From an uncultured delta proteobacterium (lineage in GTDB: Bacteria > Desulfobacterota > Binatia > UBA9968), in contig CAVUZH010000024.1 in the NCBI GenBank assembly GCA_963745835.1, positions 96,001 through 160,000 on the forward strand: a DNA stretch of 64,000 bases, written 5' to 3'. The notes beneath the pieces are model-generated. The model was not told where the DNA came from. It made no database searches and saw nothing but the letters and a program-made list of their open reading frames with translations. The translations under genes and the position numbers were made by a program. Of the stretch, positions 1 to 11,111 are shown in pieces. The stretch's first letter is position 1. Every line of letters begins with the position of its first letter.

Positions 1-741
1 CACCGCCGCTCCGAATGCCGCTGGTCCCATCAGGTACAACAGACGACCCAATCCCGGGTGTTTTAAATTAAAATTAAACCGCAAATGAATACCTTGTTTC
101 AGCAAATAAGGTATCTGAAATACAAGCTGCGCCGCTCCACCGATCAGAACTCCGAACGCCAGCCCAAGGATCGGTTCATCCAGCAACGGGTAAAACAGAA
201 TTGCGCAGACGATATTGCAGAGGTTGAATAGAACGGGCGACATCGCTGGCGCCATAAAATGGCGCAGTGCGTTGAGTACTCCCATGGCCAAAGCAACCAG
301 ACTGACGAAAAAGATATAGGGAAACATCCAACGGGTCAGCGATACCGCCACCTCAAATTTCTCAGGCTCCTGGACAAAACCGGGAGCGAAGAACTGAGTA
401 AGAGGGCGGGCAAAAACGATTCCGAACAATGTAATCACAGCGAGAAATATAGCTAAAAAGGTAAATACAATTTGAGTAACTTTAATCGCCTCGGCCTTTC
501 CTTCTTTGGCCAAGTAGTTGGTAAAGACCGGTATAAAGGCTACCGTCAAAGCGCCTTCCGCTGTAAGTCGCCGCAAAAGATTGGGGATTCTAAAGGCGAC
601 GAAGTAGGCATCGGCGGCACCCTGCGCGCCAAAGAGAAACCCGATAACAATATCGCGAAACAAACCCGAGACTCGGCTGAGCAAGGTGAAAAAGCCTACC
701 ACTCCGGCGGCCCGCGTTAATTTCCCGGCTTCCTCGTTCAA
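1..741 (-). CDS. murJ: Lipid II flippase MurJ (MviN), 3' end truncated by window edge
   Basis: Hand translation of the minus strand from TTG at 741: MNEEAGKLTRAAGVVGFFTLLSRVSGLFRD...DEPILGLAFGVLIGGAAQLVFQIPYL...LMGPAAFGAAV; divergent from rpsT as is typical. Not in the ORF track because it has no stop in the window. Confidence 0.93.
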   Translation of the reverse strand, partial: MNEEAGKLTRAAGVVGFFTLLSRVSGLFRDIVIGFLFGAQGAADAYFVAFRIPNLLRRLTAEGALTVAFIPVFTNYLAKEGKAEAIKVTQIVFTFLAIFLAVITLFGIVFARPLTQFFAPGFVQEPEKFEVAVSLTRWMFPYIFFVSLVALAMGVLNALRHFMAPAMSPVLFNLCNIVCAILFYPLLDEPILGLAFGVLIGGAAQLVFQIPYLLKQGIHLRFNFNLKHPGLGRLLYLMGPAAFGAAV

Positions 742-799
742 ATTGACTCCGATAACCCAAGATGGTAGGTAAATGGAAACATTATTTAGGAGGCTAGCT

Positions 800-1072
800 T
801 TGGCAGTTCATCCGTCGGTAATTAAAAGACACAGGCAAAGTCTGAAACGAAAGGCAAGAAACCAGGAGACGAGATCCAAGGTGAGGACCTTGATCAAAAA
901 AGCGCGCCAGGCAGTCTCAACTCAAACACCCGATTCTCAGGGCGCTGATATCAAAGCCGTCAATAAGGCACTCGGTAAGGCGGTGAGCAAGGGAATCATC
1001 AATCGAAATACCGCATCACGCTGGCTTTCCCGATTGGCACGGGCGGCCGCTCGCACCTCCCCGTCTGCATAG
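800..1072 (+). CDS. rpsT: 30S ribosomal protein S20
   Basis: HPSVIKRHRQSLKRKARN...KAVSKGIINRNTASRWLSRL; AGGAGG RBS before TTG at 800 (ORF track starts at 773). Confidence 0.95.
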   Translation: MAVHPSVIKRHRQSLKRKARNQETRSKVRTLIKKARQAVSTQTPDSQGADIKAVNKALGKAVSKGIINRNTASRWLSRLARAAARTSPSA

Positions 1073-1120
1073 CAGGCGTATCCTCGCTACCCGTCAATGC
1101 GGCCGCAGGACTGTCGGGCG

Positions 1121-1744
1121 TTAGAACATCTCCATCAATCTTTGATGCAGCTCTCGCGCAAAACGTTCGACTAGCTGTCCCCGCACCGCGCGGTTTTCTG
1201 TCTCGGTCAATTGGATATCAGTCAGCCGACGAACGTCCGACGCATCCAACGTCCTGGTTTTGAATTCCGAGGAGCTGGTCACTACCGCGGCCCGGGAGCC
1301 GCCAGAGATATCCGTCAGGCGCGTGCCCTGGGTTCGCCAGATAATTTCATTTGGCTCTCGACGACGCAGCGATGCATCGACAACCATGGCCGTTTCATAC
1401 TGAAGCACTTCGTCATAGCGGTTAACTGAAGCGACATGGCTCTCAAACGAGCGCACGACTCCCGCAACAATCCCGTCGGCTTGATCAAGCGTATCAACCA
1501 CACGGAGTTGCCCGCGCCGGTAAAATTCGCTACGCAGCGCTGAGGTTAGTTCTTTCTCCAGACCGACATTGCGCGTTTGATTGATGAACGCTTCAATGTA
1601 AACCGTCCGGATGTCGTTCGGAAAAGCCTCGCTTCGTCCGGCAAATGAATAGCCGCAGCCAGCCATTAACAGAGCGGCACAAAGGTAACCGAGTGTGGTT
1701 AACGCACTTGCCCGTTCCATAGTTTGCCGCAGAGTATTTTTCAA
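1121..1744 (-). CDS. lptE: LPS assembly lipoprotein LptE
   Basis: Lipobox LMAGCGYSF; position directly downstream of leuS is the conserved lptE location. Confidence 0.8.
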   Translation of the reverse strand: MKNTLRQTMERASALTTLGYLCAALLMAGCGYSFAGRSEAFPNDIRTVYIEAFINQTRNVGLEKELTSALRSEFYRRGQLRVVDTLDQADGIVAGVVRSFESHVASVNRYDEVLQYETAMVVDASLRRREPNEIIWRTQGTRLTDISGGSRAAVVTSSSEFKTRTLDASDVRRLTDIQLTETENRAVRGQLVERFARELHQRLMEMF

Positions 1745-1747
1745 GCC

Positions 1748-4342
1748 TCATCCCTCCAAGACAATGTTGACCAGCCTCCGCGGTACGTAAACGATCCGCT
1801 GGACCTTTTTCCGGCCGATAAAAGCTTTAACCCTTGGCTCTGCCAGAGCGTCAGTCTCAACCTGATCTCTCTGGATATCGGCAGGGACGGTCATTTTCCC
1901 GCGCACTTTGCCGTTGACTTGCAAGACGATAAGAAATTGCTCTTCTTCGAGCGCCTCCGGTGAATACTCCGGCCAGGGTATTTGATCCAGTGGTTGGCTT
2001 TTGTTGATGTTTTGCCAGAGTTCGCTCATCAAGTGCGGCACGAATGGATAGAGAAGCAGGATGATCGTTTCCATGCCGGTCCTGATCACCGGCGCAGCCA
2101 AGCGTCCTCCGTCCCGGTTCGCGGCAATATTGAGTGCGTTAAAGAGCTCCATAATAGCCGCAACCGCGGTATTGAAGTGAAATCTTCCATCGATATCATC
2201 CGTGACCTTCTTGATCGTCCGGTGGATCATGCGACGGAGGTCACGCAGCTCAGCGGCTCCGTTGAGCTGTCCCAAATCGGCATCGTCAACAAGCAGCATT
2301 TCTCGATGCTGTGAAACAAAGCGCCACAGCCGACTTAGAAACCGAGACGCCCCCTCTACTCCTTGATCGCTCCATTCAAGATCCTTCTCCGGAGGAGCCG
2401 CAAACAAGGTGAATAGCCGAGCCGTGTCGGCGCCGTAGGCTGCGACAAGTTCTTCCGGATCGACGATGTTTTTCTTCGACTTGGACATTTTTTCAACGCG
2501 GCCCTTTTCGACCGGCCGTGTGCAATGAGGGCAGCGCCATCCATCCTTTTCCGAACCGGCAAGTTCGGTGGGCAGGAGCCAATTATGCTCCAGGCAGCGA
2601 TAGGTTTCTTTGCAAACCATTCCTTGGGTAAGAAGATTGGTAAAAGGCTCATCCATATTGGCAAGCCCAACATCCCTCAGAGCTTTGGTAAAGAACCGAG
2701 CATAGAGCAGGTGCAGCACGGCATGCTCGACACCGCCGATATATTGATCCACTGCCATCCAGTACTCGGCCTGTTTAGCATCAAAGGGAGCAGTAATCGT
2801 TCTCGGAGAAGCGTAACGCAAGTAATACCATGACGAATCAACGAAAGTATCCATGGTGTCGGTTTCGCGACGAGCGGCGGCACCGCATTGGGGGCACTGA
2901 ACATCAGTAAAATTTTTGCTGGCAGCAAGCGGAGAGCGGCCCTTGCCGGTAAACGGCACATTGATGGGAAGGGTAACAGGGAGCTGATCTTCAGGCACGG
3001 GCATGACGCCACAACGCTCACAGTAAATAATCGGAATCGGCGTTCCCCAATAACGTTGCCGCGACACACCCCAATCGCGCAGGCGGTAGCGAACGGCCTT
3101 TTTACCCCATCCCTCTTTTTCGAGATGCTCGGCAATTTTTTCTTTTCCGTCGATGTTGCTTAAACCGCTAAACGGCCCGCTATTGACCATCATGCCTTCA
3201 TCAACATACGCTTCGGTCAAATCTTCGGCGCGCAGAACACTGCCCGCGGGTTGAATCACAACGCGGATCGGCAATCCATACTTGCGGGCGAATTCGAAAT
3301 CCCTTTGATCGTGGGCAGGCACCGCCATGACGGCGCCTGTGCCGTACTCCATCAAGACAAAGTTCGCAAGATAAATCGGAATATTTTCACCGGTGAAGGG
3401 ATTCGTGCAGTACGCTCCGGTGAAGATTCCTTCCTTTTCACCTTCTTCACTGCCACGCCCCGTCGACTTCTGCTGTTTTATTTTCTCGGTAAATTCTCGA
3501 ACAGCATCTTCTTGTGGTAGCCCTTGAGAAAGCTTCAAAGCCAAAGGATGCTCAACCGCCAGCGAGATAAACGTGGCGCCAAATACGGTGTCAGGACGAG
3601 TGGTGAAAACTTTCAGCGTTTCTGCACGCCCGACGAGCGGAAAGATGATTTCCGCGCCGACGGATTTGCCGATCCAATTGCGCTGCATGAGCAGAACTTT
3701 CTCGGGCCAACCAGAGAGTCTTTCGAGATCTTGTAACAGCTCCTCGGCGTATTCGGTGATGCGAAAAAACCATTGATCCAATTCTTTCTGAGTCACTGTA
3801 GATTCACAGCGCCAACAAACGCCTTCAATCACCTGTTCATTAGCGAGGACGGTTTCGCAGGAAGGACACCAATTAACTAAAGAACTCTTCTTGTATGCCA
3901 GCCCGCGTTTATAGAACTGCAGAAATATCCATTGATTCCAGCGGTAATATTCGGGATGGCAAGTGGCGATCTCACGCGACCAATCGTAGGACAGGCCCAT
4001 ACGCTTGAGCTGCGCTTTCATGTACAAGATGTTTTCTTGAGTCCACTTCTCGGGATGAATTCCCCGTTCGATGGCAGCATTCTCCGCTGGAAGGCCGAAG
4101 GCATCCCACCCCATGGGATGAAGCACGTTGTATCCGCGCATGCGCTTGTAACGAGCAACCACATCACCGATGGAATAATTGCGCACATGGCCCATGTGAA
4201 TACGGCCCGAAGGATAAGGAAACATCTCAAGCACGTAGTACTTAGGTTTTCCCTGCTCTTCGGCAGCTTGAAAGGATTTATTTTCCTCCCAGAATTTCTG
4301 CCACTTCTCTTCGATTTCTCTGGGTTGGTAACGCGATTCCAT
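1748..4342 (-). CDS. leuS: Leucine--tRNA ligase
   Basis: [13 protein letters not shown] (HIGH motif), KMSKS, editing domain FTTRPDT and [15 protein letters not shown]; likely start MESRYQP at 4342. Confidence 0.98.
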   Translation of the reverse strand: MESRYQPREIEEKWQKFWEENKSFQAAEEQGKPKYYVLEMFPYPSGRIHMGHVRNYSIGDVVARYKRMRGYNVLHPMGWDAFGLPAENAAIERGIHPEKWTQENILYMKAQLKRMGLSYDWSREIATCHPEYYRWNQWIFLQFYKRGLAYKKSSLVNWCPSCETVLANEQVIEGVCWRCESTVTQKELDQWFFRITEYAEELLQDLERLSGWPEKVLLMQRNWIGKSVGAEIIFPLVGRAETLKVFTTRPDTVFGATFISLAVEHPLALKLSQGLPQEDAVREFTEKIKQQKSTGRGSEEGEKEGIFTGAYCTNPFTGENIPIYLANFVLMEYGTGAVMAVPAHDQRDFEFARKYGLPIRVVIQPAGSVLRAEDLTEAYVDEGMMVNSGPFSGLSNIDGKEKIAEHLEKEGWGKKAVRYRLRDWGVSRQRYWGTPIPIIYCERCGVMPVPEDQLPVTLPINVPFTGKGRSPLAASKNFTDVQCPQCGAAARRETDTMDTFVDSSWYYLRYASPRTITAPFDAKQAEYWMAVDQYIGGVEHAVLHLLYARFFTKALRDVGLANMDEPFTNLLTQGMVCKETYRCLEHNWLLPTELAGSEKDGWRCPHCTRPVEKGRVEKMSKSKKNIVDPEELVAAYGADTARLFTLFAAPPEKDLEWSDQGVEGASRFLSRLWRFVSQHREMLLVDDADLGQLNGAAELRDLRRMIHRTIKKVTDDIDGRFHFNTAVAAIMELFNALNIAANRDGGRLAAPVIRTGMETIILLLYPFVPHLMSELWQNINKSQPLDQIPWPEYSPEALEEEQFLIVLQVNGKVRGKMTVPADIQRDQVETDALAEPRVKAFIGRKKVQRIVYVPRRLVNIVLEG

Positions 4343-4346
4343 GCTG

Positions 4347-4763
4347 TCAGTGAGCTTTGGCAATCTCTGCATGCGCCAGCTGATCCAACACGCCGTTGAT
4401 AAACGAACCCGAATCGCCGGTGCCGAACCGTTTGCCCATCTCGATAGCTTCATCGAGACTGACATTGAGGGGAATGTCCGGGCAGAAGATCAATTCGTAT
4501 GCCGCCATCCGGAGAATTAGCAGATCCACTTTGGCCATGCGCACGAGCCTCCAGTTTTCCGTGCACTGCTCGATCAATCGATCGATATCGGGACGTTGGC
4601 TGACGACTCCGGATACTAAACGGCGCGCGAATTCTTTGGCCGGCGCACTGCCTTCGAAATGACTGAGGAAGAGATCAACCGCTGCCGCTGAAGCATCCCC
4701 GGTAATTTCAATCTGATAGAGAGCCTGGAGGGCCAACTCCCTGCCTTTGCGCCTAGTTCCCAT
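4347..4763 (-). CDS. nusB: Transcription antitermination factor NusB
   Basis: [14 protein letters not shown]...[11 protein letters not shown]...FINGVLD; follows ribH. Confidence 0.97.
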   Translation of the reverse strand: MGTRRKGRELALQALYQIEITGDASAAAVDLFLSHFEGSAPAKEFARRLVSGVVSQRPDIDRLIEQCTENWRLVRMAKVDLLILRMAAYELIFCPDIPLNVSLDEAIEMGKRFGTGDSGSFINGVLDQLAHAEIAKAH

Positions 4764-4835
4764 GACTAAAAGAATCTTTGTGGATATTCTGAACGATCCG
4801 ACGCCAGTCCCCTCGACGACGACAAATCCATACGG

Positions 4836-5306
4836 TTATCGAGCAAGCTGGCGCAGCACGTTTACCATCTCAATGGCAGTTAAAGCGGCTTCATATCCTT
4901 TGTTCGCATCCTTCACTCCGGAGCGTTCCATTGCCTGTTGCACGTTGTCGGTTGTCAGGACACCGAAACCGATCGGGATGCGGTATTCCCAAACGGCCTT
5001 GCTAAGTCCATGAGTTACAGCATCGCAGACATACTCGAAATGCGGCGTATCGCCTCGAATCACGGCACCCAGACACACGAGCGCATCAAATTTTCCGCTG
5101 GCCGACATCCTTGCCGCGACGATGGGAATTTCAAACGCTCCGGGCACATGAACCACCGTCAGATCGTCATCCGCGCCGCCATGAGTCTTCAGACCTTCCA
5201 ATGCGCCTTGGAGAAGCTTGACGGTAATGAAATTATTGAATCGGCTGACAATGACGCCGATTTTCATGCCGCGCGCATCAACGGTGCCTTCGATGACTTT
5301 GGCCAT
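4836..5306 (-). CDS. ribH: 6,7-dimethyl-8-ribityllumazine synthase
   Basis: SRFNNFIT, VPGAFEIP, GAVIRGDTPHFEYV, NKGYEAA. Confidence 0.97.
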   Translation of the reverse strand: MAKVIEGTVDARGMKIGVIVSRFNNFITVKLLQGALEGLKTHGGADDDLTVVHVPGAFEIPIVAARMSASGKFDALVCLGAVIRGDTPHFEYVCDAVTHGLSKAVWEYRIPIGFGVLTTDNVQQAMERSGVKDANKGYEAALTAIEMVNVLRQLAR

Positions 5307-5316
5307 AAACGGAACG

Positions 5317-6543
5317 TTAAGATTTGGCCGGTTTCGCTTCCAGATTGGTTAGCAAGTGGCCGAGTTTTTTTTGCTTGGTGCGCAGGTAATGAATATTGGT
5401 GTCACGAGGCGATACTTCGAGAGGAACTCTTTCTTTGACCCTGACCCCGTACTCTTCGATACCAGAAATTTTTCGCGGGTTGTTGGTCAACAGGCGAACG
5501 CTTTTCACCCCGAGATCCCGCAGCATCTGAGCGGCGATCCCATAGTCCCGGAGATCTTCTTTGAACCCTAGTTCCAGATTGGCCTCCACGGTATCATAGC
5601 CCCGATCCTGCAACGCATATGCTTTAATCTTGTTGGTGAGGCCTATGCCGCGACCCTCTTGATGCATATAAACTAGTACCCCTTTGCCAGCCTGATCAAT
5701 GAGCCTGAGTGATTGGCGGATCTGGTCGCCACAGTCGCAACGCTCTGAGCCGAAAACATCTCCGGTCAAGCATTCCGAATGCAAACGCACCAGGACGCTG
5801 TCTGGATTGCTGATATCCCCTTTAACCAGCGCCATATGCTCGGAAGCATCCACTTCGTTTCGATAAACGATAGCCTTGTACATGCCGCCATGGATTGTTG
5901 GAAAGATTTCCTCGGCGGCTCGTTTGACCAAGCTTTCATTGCGCAAGCGATAAGCGATCAGCCGGGTCACGGCCACGACTTTTATACCCAGCCGCTCCGC
6001 GAGCTGTTCCAGATCCGGCAACAATGCCACAGCACCGTCATCATTGAGTATGTGGCAGATCACCCCTGCAGGAGTAAATCCGCACAAGCGCGCTAAATCG
6101 ATCGAAGCTTCCGCTCGCCCCGAGCGTGCCAGTACTCCCCCGGAGCGCGCTTGGATCGGCTGGATATGTCCCGGGACGATTAAGTCCGCATGTTTTGCTT
6201 GATCCGCAACAGCGACTTGAATCGTATGCGCGCGCCCCTTGGCGGAGACCGCGGGCACACCTTCGAGCCGCGCGGAAAAGGCCGCTCCGAATAGATGCCC
6301 CGAGAAGTTGCTGCTCTCATGCGGAATCAGCAGAATGCCCAGTTGGCGAATTCGCTCTTCGGTGAGTGCCAGATAAATGACCCCTCTGCCGTGGTGCAGC
6401 ATCTGATTGATGATGTCGGCGTTGACTTTCTCGGCCGGAACGCAAAAAAACCCGTCGCTGTCTGCAGCCTCCTCATTGACGAGAATAATCATCCGCCCCT
6501 GGCGAAGGTCTTCGAGGGCTTCATCAATACTGGAGATGGGCAT
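5317..6543 (-). CDS. ribBA: RibBA fusion: intact GTP cyclohydrolase II plus a degenerate DHBP synthase domain
   Basis: C-terminal RLHSECLTGDVFGSERCDC, QEGRGIGL and LLTNNPRK are intact; N-terminal RibB fold lacks catalytic residues (see findings). Confidence 0.92.
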   Translation of the reverse strand: MPISSIDEALEDLRQGRMIILVNEEAADSDGFFCVPAEKVNADIINQMLHHGRGVIYLALTEERIRQLGILLIPHESSNFSGHLFGAAFSARLEGVPAVSAKGRAHTIQVAVADQAKHADLIVPGHIQPIQARSGGVLARSGRAEASIDLARLCGFTPAGVICHILNDDGAVALLPDLEQLAERLGIKVVAVTRLIAYRLRNESLVKRAAEEIFPTIHGGMYKAIVYRNEVDASEHMALVKGDISNPDSVLVRLHSECLTGDVFGSERCDCGDQIRQSLRLIDQAGKGVLVYMHQEGRGIGLTNKIKAYALQDRGYDTVEANLELGFKEDLRDYGIAAQMLRDLGVKSVRLLTNNPRKISGIEEYGVRVKERVPLEVSPRDTNIHYLRTKQKKLGHLLTNLEAKPAKS

Positions 6544-6568
6544 GGTGGTACCTAAATGGCGTCGAGCG

Positions 6569-7174
6569 TTAAAGCTGATTTTTAGTTCGTTGGTTAACGA
6601 AGTGACGAACGTACTTGCCGATCAGATCTGTTTCGACATTGACTTTATCACCAACCCTACGGGCGCGCAAATTAGTGTTTTGCAAAGTAAATGGGATAAT
6701 CGCGACGCTGAACTCCCGGGCGCTGCATCGGTTTACAGTCAAGCTGATTCCATCAACGGCAACCGACCCCTTGGAGACCAGCAGTGATCCCAAACGTTGC
6801 GCAAGCCGGAAGGAAAAAAATGTGAAATCTCCTTTTTTTTCGACCGAATGCACAATCCCGACGCCGTCTATGTGGCCGGTAACCAAATGCCCGCCCAGCC
6901 GATCCTCGAGCCGCATCGAACGTTCGAGATTGAGCAGTGTGCCAGGTTCGAGAGTAGCTAAACTGGTGCGCTCCAATGTCTCCGGCGAAACATCAAAGGC
7001 CACTGTCCTTTTGCCTTTTTGAACGACCGTTAAGCATGCGCCGTTGACGGCGATACTAGCGCCCAATGGGATCCCCCGAGGTGCCAAACTTGATTCCACA
7101 GTCAAAACCGCTGACTGCTTACTGAGCACTAAGCTAGCGACGCGTCCGACATCTTCGATCAGACCGGTAAACAT
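6569..7174 (-). CDS. ribE: Riboflavin synthase
   Basis: MFTGL N-terminus, SIAVNGACLTV, GGHLVTGHID, KGSVAVDGISLTV. Confidence 0.97.
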   Translation of the reverse strand: MFTGLIEDVGRVASLVLSKQSAVLTVESSLAPRGIPLGASIAVNGACLTVVQKGKRTVAFDVSPETLERTSLATLEPGTLLNLERSMRLEDRLGGHLVTGHIDGVGIVHSVEKKGDFTFFSFRLAQRLGSLLVSKGSVAVDGISLTVNRCSAREFSVAIIPFTLQNTNLRARRVGDKVNVETDLIGKYVRHFVNQRTKNQL

Positions 7175-7195
7175 GATGCAGGCGAACCTTCCAGC

Positions 7196-8326
7196 TTAGC
7201 GCAATCGGCCAGCCCCGCTCGTCTCAAGGTATCCTGAAACCAGCAAGTCGGCGCCTGATTTCTGAATTGTCAGATTCTGAAGTATGACAGATTGCTTGAT
7301 ATGTTCGACTCCCAAGCTGTCGATCATGTAACGCCCGTCGCCACCCAGAAGTTTTGGGGCATAGAAAAGCAGCATCTTGTCTACCATCTTCTCCTTCAAA
7401 GCGCCGGCAGCGGTGGTTGCCCCGCCTTCAATAAGCACGCTGGCAATGCCGGTTTTGGCCAGTTTTCTCAGCAGCGGAAGCCACCGCACCGCGCCTTCGC
7501 GCGCAGGCATCCGCCAAACCGTTGTGCCTAAATTTTCCAGCGCGCGAATCTTACCCGCGGGTGCGGTATCGCTTGTCACAACGATGTTTTTATCGCTGCT
7601 GCGCTGGCGCAAAAACTGGGCGTCAAGAGGAACTCGTAAACGCGCATCAAGGATGATCCTCCAAGGATCTCGTCCTCCCGGCATACGGCAAGTCAATTGC
7701 GGATTGTCGGTAATCACCGTGCCCGCTCCCACCAGCACCGCATCGTAGCGATTGCGCAAGCGATGCACGGTGGCGCGAGATTCTTCGCAGCTAATCCAAC
7801 GGGCATCTCCGCTCGCCGTAGCAATCTTTCCGTCGAGTGACGCCGCCAGCTTGAGCGCAACAAACGGCACTCCGCAAGTAATGAACTTGGTAAATGCCTC
7901 GTTCAGTGCTCGACATTCTGCTTCGAGAACACCGGTGCGAACTTTTATGCCCGCCCGGGTAAGGGCTCGCAGTCCTTTGCCGGATACCAATGGATTAGGG
8001 TCTTTCATGCCGACAACTATTTCCTTGACACCTGCAGCGATCAAAGCGCGGGTGCATGGCGGTGTTCTACCGTAGTGATTGCATGGTTCGAGATTGATAT
8101 AGAGTATGGCTCCCTTAGCCTTACTACCGGCCTTTTCGAGAGCAACGATCTCGGCGTGGTCGCCGCCGGCAAATTGGTGAAAACCAGATGCGATCATTTT
8201 CCCATCGCGCAGCAGCACCGCGCCGACCATAGGGTTGGGGCTGGTCCTTCCGGCGGCTTTCGCAGCAAGGCGGCAGGCCATCCGCATATAGAGCCGATCA
8301 AGTTGCTCTTGGCGTCGCAGCCGCAC
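7196..8326 (-). CDS. ribD: Bifunctional riboflavin pathway deaminase/reductase RibD
   Basis: PNPMVGAV, HAE, LEPCNHYGRTPPC, KLAASLDGKIA, EGG. Confidence 0.97.
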   Translation of the reverse strand: MRLRRQEQLDRLYMRMACRLAAKAAGRTSPNPMVGAVLLRDGKMIASGFHQFAGGDHAEIVALEKAGSKAKGAILYINLEPCNHYGRTPPCTRALIAAGVKEIVVGMKDPNPLVSGKGLRALTRAGIKVRTGVLEAECRALNEAFTKFITCGVPFVALKLAASLDGKIATASGDARWISCEESRATVHRLRNRYDAVLVGAGTVITDNPQLTCRMPGGRDPWRIILDARLRVPLDAQFLRQRSSDKNIVVTSDTAPAGKIRALENLGTTVWRMPAREGAVRWLPLLRKLAKTGIASVLIEGGATTAAGALKEKMVDKMLLFYAPKLLGGDGRYMIDSLGVEHIKQSVILQNLTIQKSGADLLVSGYLETSGAGRLR

Positions 8327-8329
8327 CGG

Positions 8330-8833
8330 CTAACTCCTTTTCTGTCGCGAAGCGCTTACTCGAGCCGCGGATATTTCTTTTCGTTCCTTGAGAAGCTCCT
8401 CGAGCTCCACCATGAACTCGTTGATATCTTTGAATGAGCGGTACACTGAAGCGAACCGAACGTAAGCCACCTCATCGGTGTCGTGAAGTTCTCGCATCGT
8501 CGCCTCGCCGATTACTGAGCTCAATATTTCTTTTTCCCCGCGTTCCTGAAGGCTTCGCTCGATCCGATCGGCAATGGCTTCGATGGTATTGATGCTAACG
8601 GGCCGCTTCTCACAGGCCCGTTTAAGCCCATTGATTATTTTGATCCTCTCGTAAGTCTCCCGACGACCATCTTTTTTAACCACCAATGGCATCATCTCTT
8701 CGACCCGTTCATAGGTGGTGAATCGGCGCGAGCACTTGGAGCACTCGCGTCGGCGCCGGATCATATTGCTATCCTTGCTCAAGCGTGAATCGATGACGCG
8801 GTTCTCGGTCTCATGACAAAAGGGGCATTTCAT
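8330..8833 (-). CDS. nrdR: Transcriptional repressor NrdR
   Basis: [33 protein letters not shown] cone, [10 protein letters not shown]; start at ATG 8833. Confidence 0.97.
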   Translation of the reverse strand: MKCPFCHETENRVIDSRLSKDSNMIRRRRECSKCSRRFTTYERVEEMMPLVVKKDGRRETYERIKIINGLKRACEKRPVSINTIEAIADRIERSLQERGEKEILSSVIGEATMRELHDTDEVAYVRFASVYRSFKDINEFMVELEELLKERKEISAARVSASRQKRS

Positions 8834-8957
8834 CCGATTGTTCCTTCGAGCACAGCCAGCTAGTTGACTTATATAAACCAGGCAATAGGTTATCGCAGGA
8901 CCGCAGAGTAAATCCTGTGAGTGGCGGGATTGATGTAGGTTGACTATAACGATCAGG

Positions 8958-10214
8958 TCAATTTGACGGAAGCCGGTGCGGATAAACTGGAAATTTCCTG
9001 CACAGCGCGGCCACCTGCTTAGCAACCTCGCTTAAAATGTTTTCATCGTCCACATGGCCGAGCGCCCTGGCAATCAAATCGCCGATCAGAGCCATTTCCT
9101 CCTCCTTCATGCCACGAGTCGTAACGGCGGGCGTACCGATGCGAATTCCGCTGGTGATAAATGGGGACCGCGTATCGAATGGCACGGCGTTGCGGTTAAC
9201 CGTGATGTTCGCCCGATCGAGAGTCTCCTGCGCCGCTTTGCCTGTCAGTTCAGATTTCCGCAGATCCACCAGCATCAGATGATTGTCAGTCCCCCCTGAG
9301 GTAAGACGGTAGCCGTTCGAGGTGAGAGATTTCGCCAGAGCTTGAGCGTTCTTTACAATTTGCTGTTGATAGATCCTGAACCCTGGATCGAGCGCCTCTT
9401 TCAGCGCCACGGCCTTGGCCGCGATTACGTGCATCAAGGGACCACCTTGCATGCCGGGAAAGACTTTGCTGTCTATTGTTTTGGCATGAGCGGCGCGGCA
9501 CAAGACCATTCCTCCACGAGGACCTCGTAGAGTTTTGTGGGTCGTGGTGGTTACAAAATCCGCATAAGGGACTGGACTAGGATGCACACCCGCTGCAACC
9601 AAGCCGGCGATATGCGCCATGTCGACCATCAAAAGCGCTCCCACTTCATCGGCAATTTGACGAAATTTAGCAAAGTCTATGATTCTCGGATAGGCACTGG
9701 CGCCGGCAATAATCAGCTTCGGCCGATGTTCGCGCGCGAGTTTGGCCACTTCATCATAGTCGATGATTCCAGTTTTTTCTGAGATCCCGTAGGGAATGAC
9801 ACGATACAGAATGCCGGAAAAATTCACTGGGCTGCCCATTGATAAATGGCCACCATGCGCAAGATTCATCCCGAGATAACAATCGCCCGGCTTAAGCACG
9901 GACAGATACACGGTCATGTTAGCTTGGCTGCCGGAATGAGGCTGCACGTTTGCATGATCGGCGCCAAAGAGTTCTCGGGCCCTGGCTATGGCCAGAGATT
10001 CGACCTCATCGACAAATTCACAGCCGCCGTAATAGCGCTTGCCTGGATATCCTTCTGCGTACTTATTAGTCATCACGCAGCCCTGAGCTTCCAACACCGC
10101 TTCGCTGACGACGTTCTCAGACGCGATCAGCTCCAAATTCTGTTCGAGCCTGTTCGTTTCTTTTTGGATCGAGGCAAAAACTTCGCTGTCGGTTTGCTGC
10201 AGAAAAGACATCAA
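8958..10214 (-). CDS. glyA: Serine hydroxymethyltransferase
   Basis: [36 protein letters not shown] (PLP lysine). Confidence 0.98.
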   Translation of the reverse strand: MMSFLQQTDSEVFASIQKETNRLEQNLELIASENVVSEAVLEAQGCVMTNKYAEGYPGKRYYGGCEFVDEVESLAIARARELFGADHANVQPHSGSQANMTVYLSVLKPGDCYLGMNLAHGGHLSMGSPVNFSGILYRVIPYGISEKTGIIDYDEVAKLAREHRPKLIIAGASAYPRIIDFAKFRQIADEVGALLMVDMAHIAGLVAAGVHPSPVPYADFVTTTTHKTLRGPRGGMVLCRAAHAKTIDSKVFPGMQGGPLMHVIAAKAVALKEALDPGFRIYQQQIVKNAQALAKSLTSNGYRLTSGGTDNHLMLVDLRKSELTGKAAQETLDRANITVNRNAVPFDTRSPFITSGIRIGTPAVTTRGMKEEEMALIGDLIARALGHVDDENILSEVAKQVAALCRKFPVYPHRLPSN

Positions 10215-10696
10215 TCAAGATCCTCGCGCTTGCTACCGCTGGTGTTTCTCAATGTTCCTAAATCTCGCTCAATTTCAGTTATCTTGTCGAGACGTCGTTG
10301 ATGGCGGCCGCCGGCAAAAGGCGTGCTAATCCAGATCTCCAAAATCTCGCGGGCGAGGGAAGGTTCGGTGGTAGCTCCGGCGAGAACCAAAACATTTGCA
10401 TCATTGTGCTCGCGACTGGTGCGCGCTGTTTCACGATCCTGCACCAAAGCGGCCCGAACATTGGGATATTTGTTGGCTAAGATGGACATCCCAATCCCGG
10501 TGGTACAGATTAATATCCCTCGATCGGCCTCTCCTTCTGAGACTTGCTGCGACACCAGCCGGCCAAAATCGGGATAGTCGACCGATTCACTGCCATGTGT
10601 GCCGAGGTCCTGCACATCGATATTTTTTGAACGGAGCACGCCGGCTAAGAAATCTTTGAGTTCTACTCCGCCGTGGTCACTACCCATAGCAATCAT
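10211..10696 (-). CDS. rpiB: Ribose 5-phosphate isomerase B
   Basis: [37 protein letters not shown]. Confidence 0.96.
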   Translation of the reverse strand: MIAMGSDHGGVELKDFLAGVLRSKNIDVQDLGTHGSESVDYPDFGRLVSQQVSEGEADRGILICTTGIGMSILANKYPNVRAALVQDRETARTSREHNDANVLVLAGATTEPSLAREILEIWISTPFAGGRHQRRLDKITEIERDLGTLRNTSGSKREDLD

Positions 10697-10842
10697 GAAA
10701 TTATTGAGACGGAAATCTTTTCCCGGCGAAAGCGAGGTAACAGGAGTCGTTGTACACTCGTGCGAGCTCGAGTCCTAAATGGCCAAAGCTCCAGCTCCGG
10801 ATGCATCATCTCGCCGCCGAAATTTCTGAATAGATCCAACAG

Positions 10843-11079
10843 CTAACGATGATTATCGATATACGAGATGACGTCCTGGACAGTCTTAATTTTCTCGGCA
10901 TCCTCGTCGGAAATCTCCATCTCATATTCTTCTTCCAGGGCCATCACTAATTCGACAATATCCAACGAATCCGCCCCTAGATCTTCGATGAAAGATGCTT
11001 CAGGAACCACCTCATCCTCGCTTACCCCCAATTGTTCACACACGATCTCTTTTACCCTAGCCTGCACAGATGCCGCCAT
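10843..11079 (-). CDS. acpP: Acyl carrier protein
   Basis: [14 protein letters not shown]; AGGAGG RBS before ATG 11079. Confidence 0.97.
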   Translation of the reverse strand: MAASVQARVKEIVCEQLGVSEDEVVPEASFIEDLGADSLDIVELVMALEEEYEMEISDEDAEKIKTVQDVISYIDNHR

Positions 11080-11111
11080 TTTGTTTTCCTCCTGCTTATC
11101 CGCCATTCTTG

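Noticed and set aside
4343-4465. N-terminal extensions of leuS, nrdR, rpmF and the DUF2203 gene in the ORF track
   Set aside because: Most overlap upstream genes and none resembles the family N-terminus; conserved starts lie downstream.
8327-8957. Search for an FMN riboswitch ahead of the rib genes
   Set aside because: No AGGGCGGGGTGAAATTCCC-type signature; ribD follows nrdR by only 3 nt.
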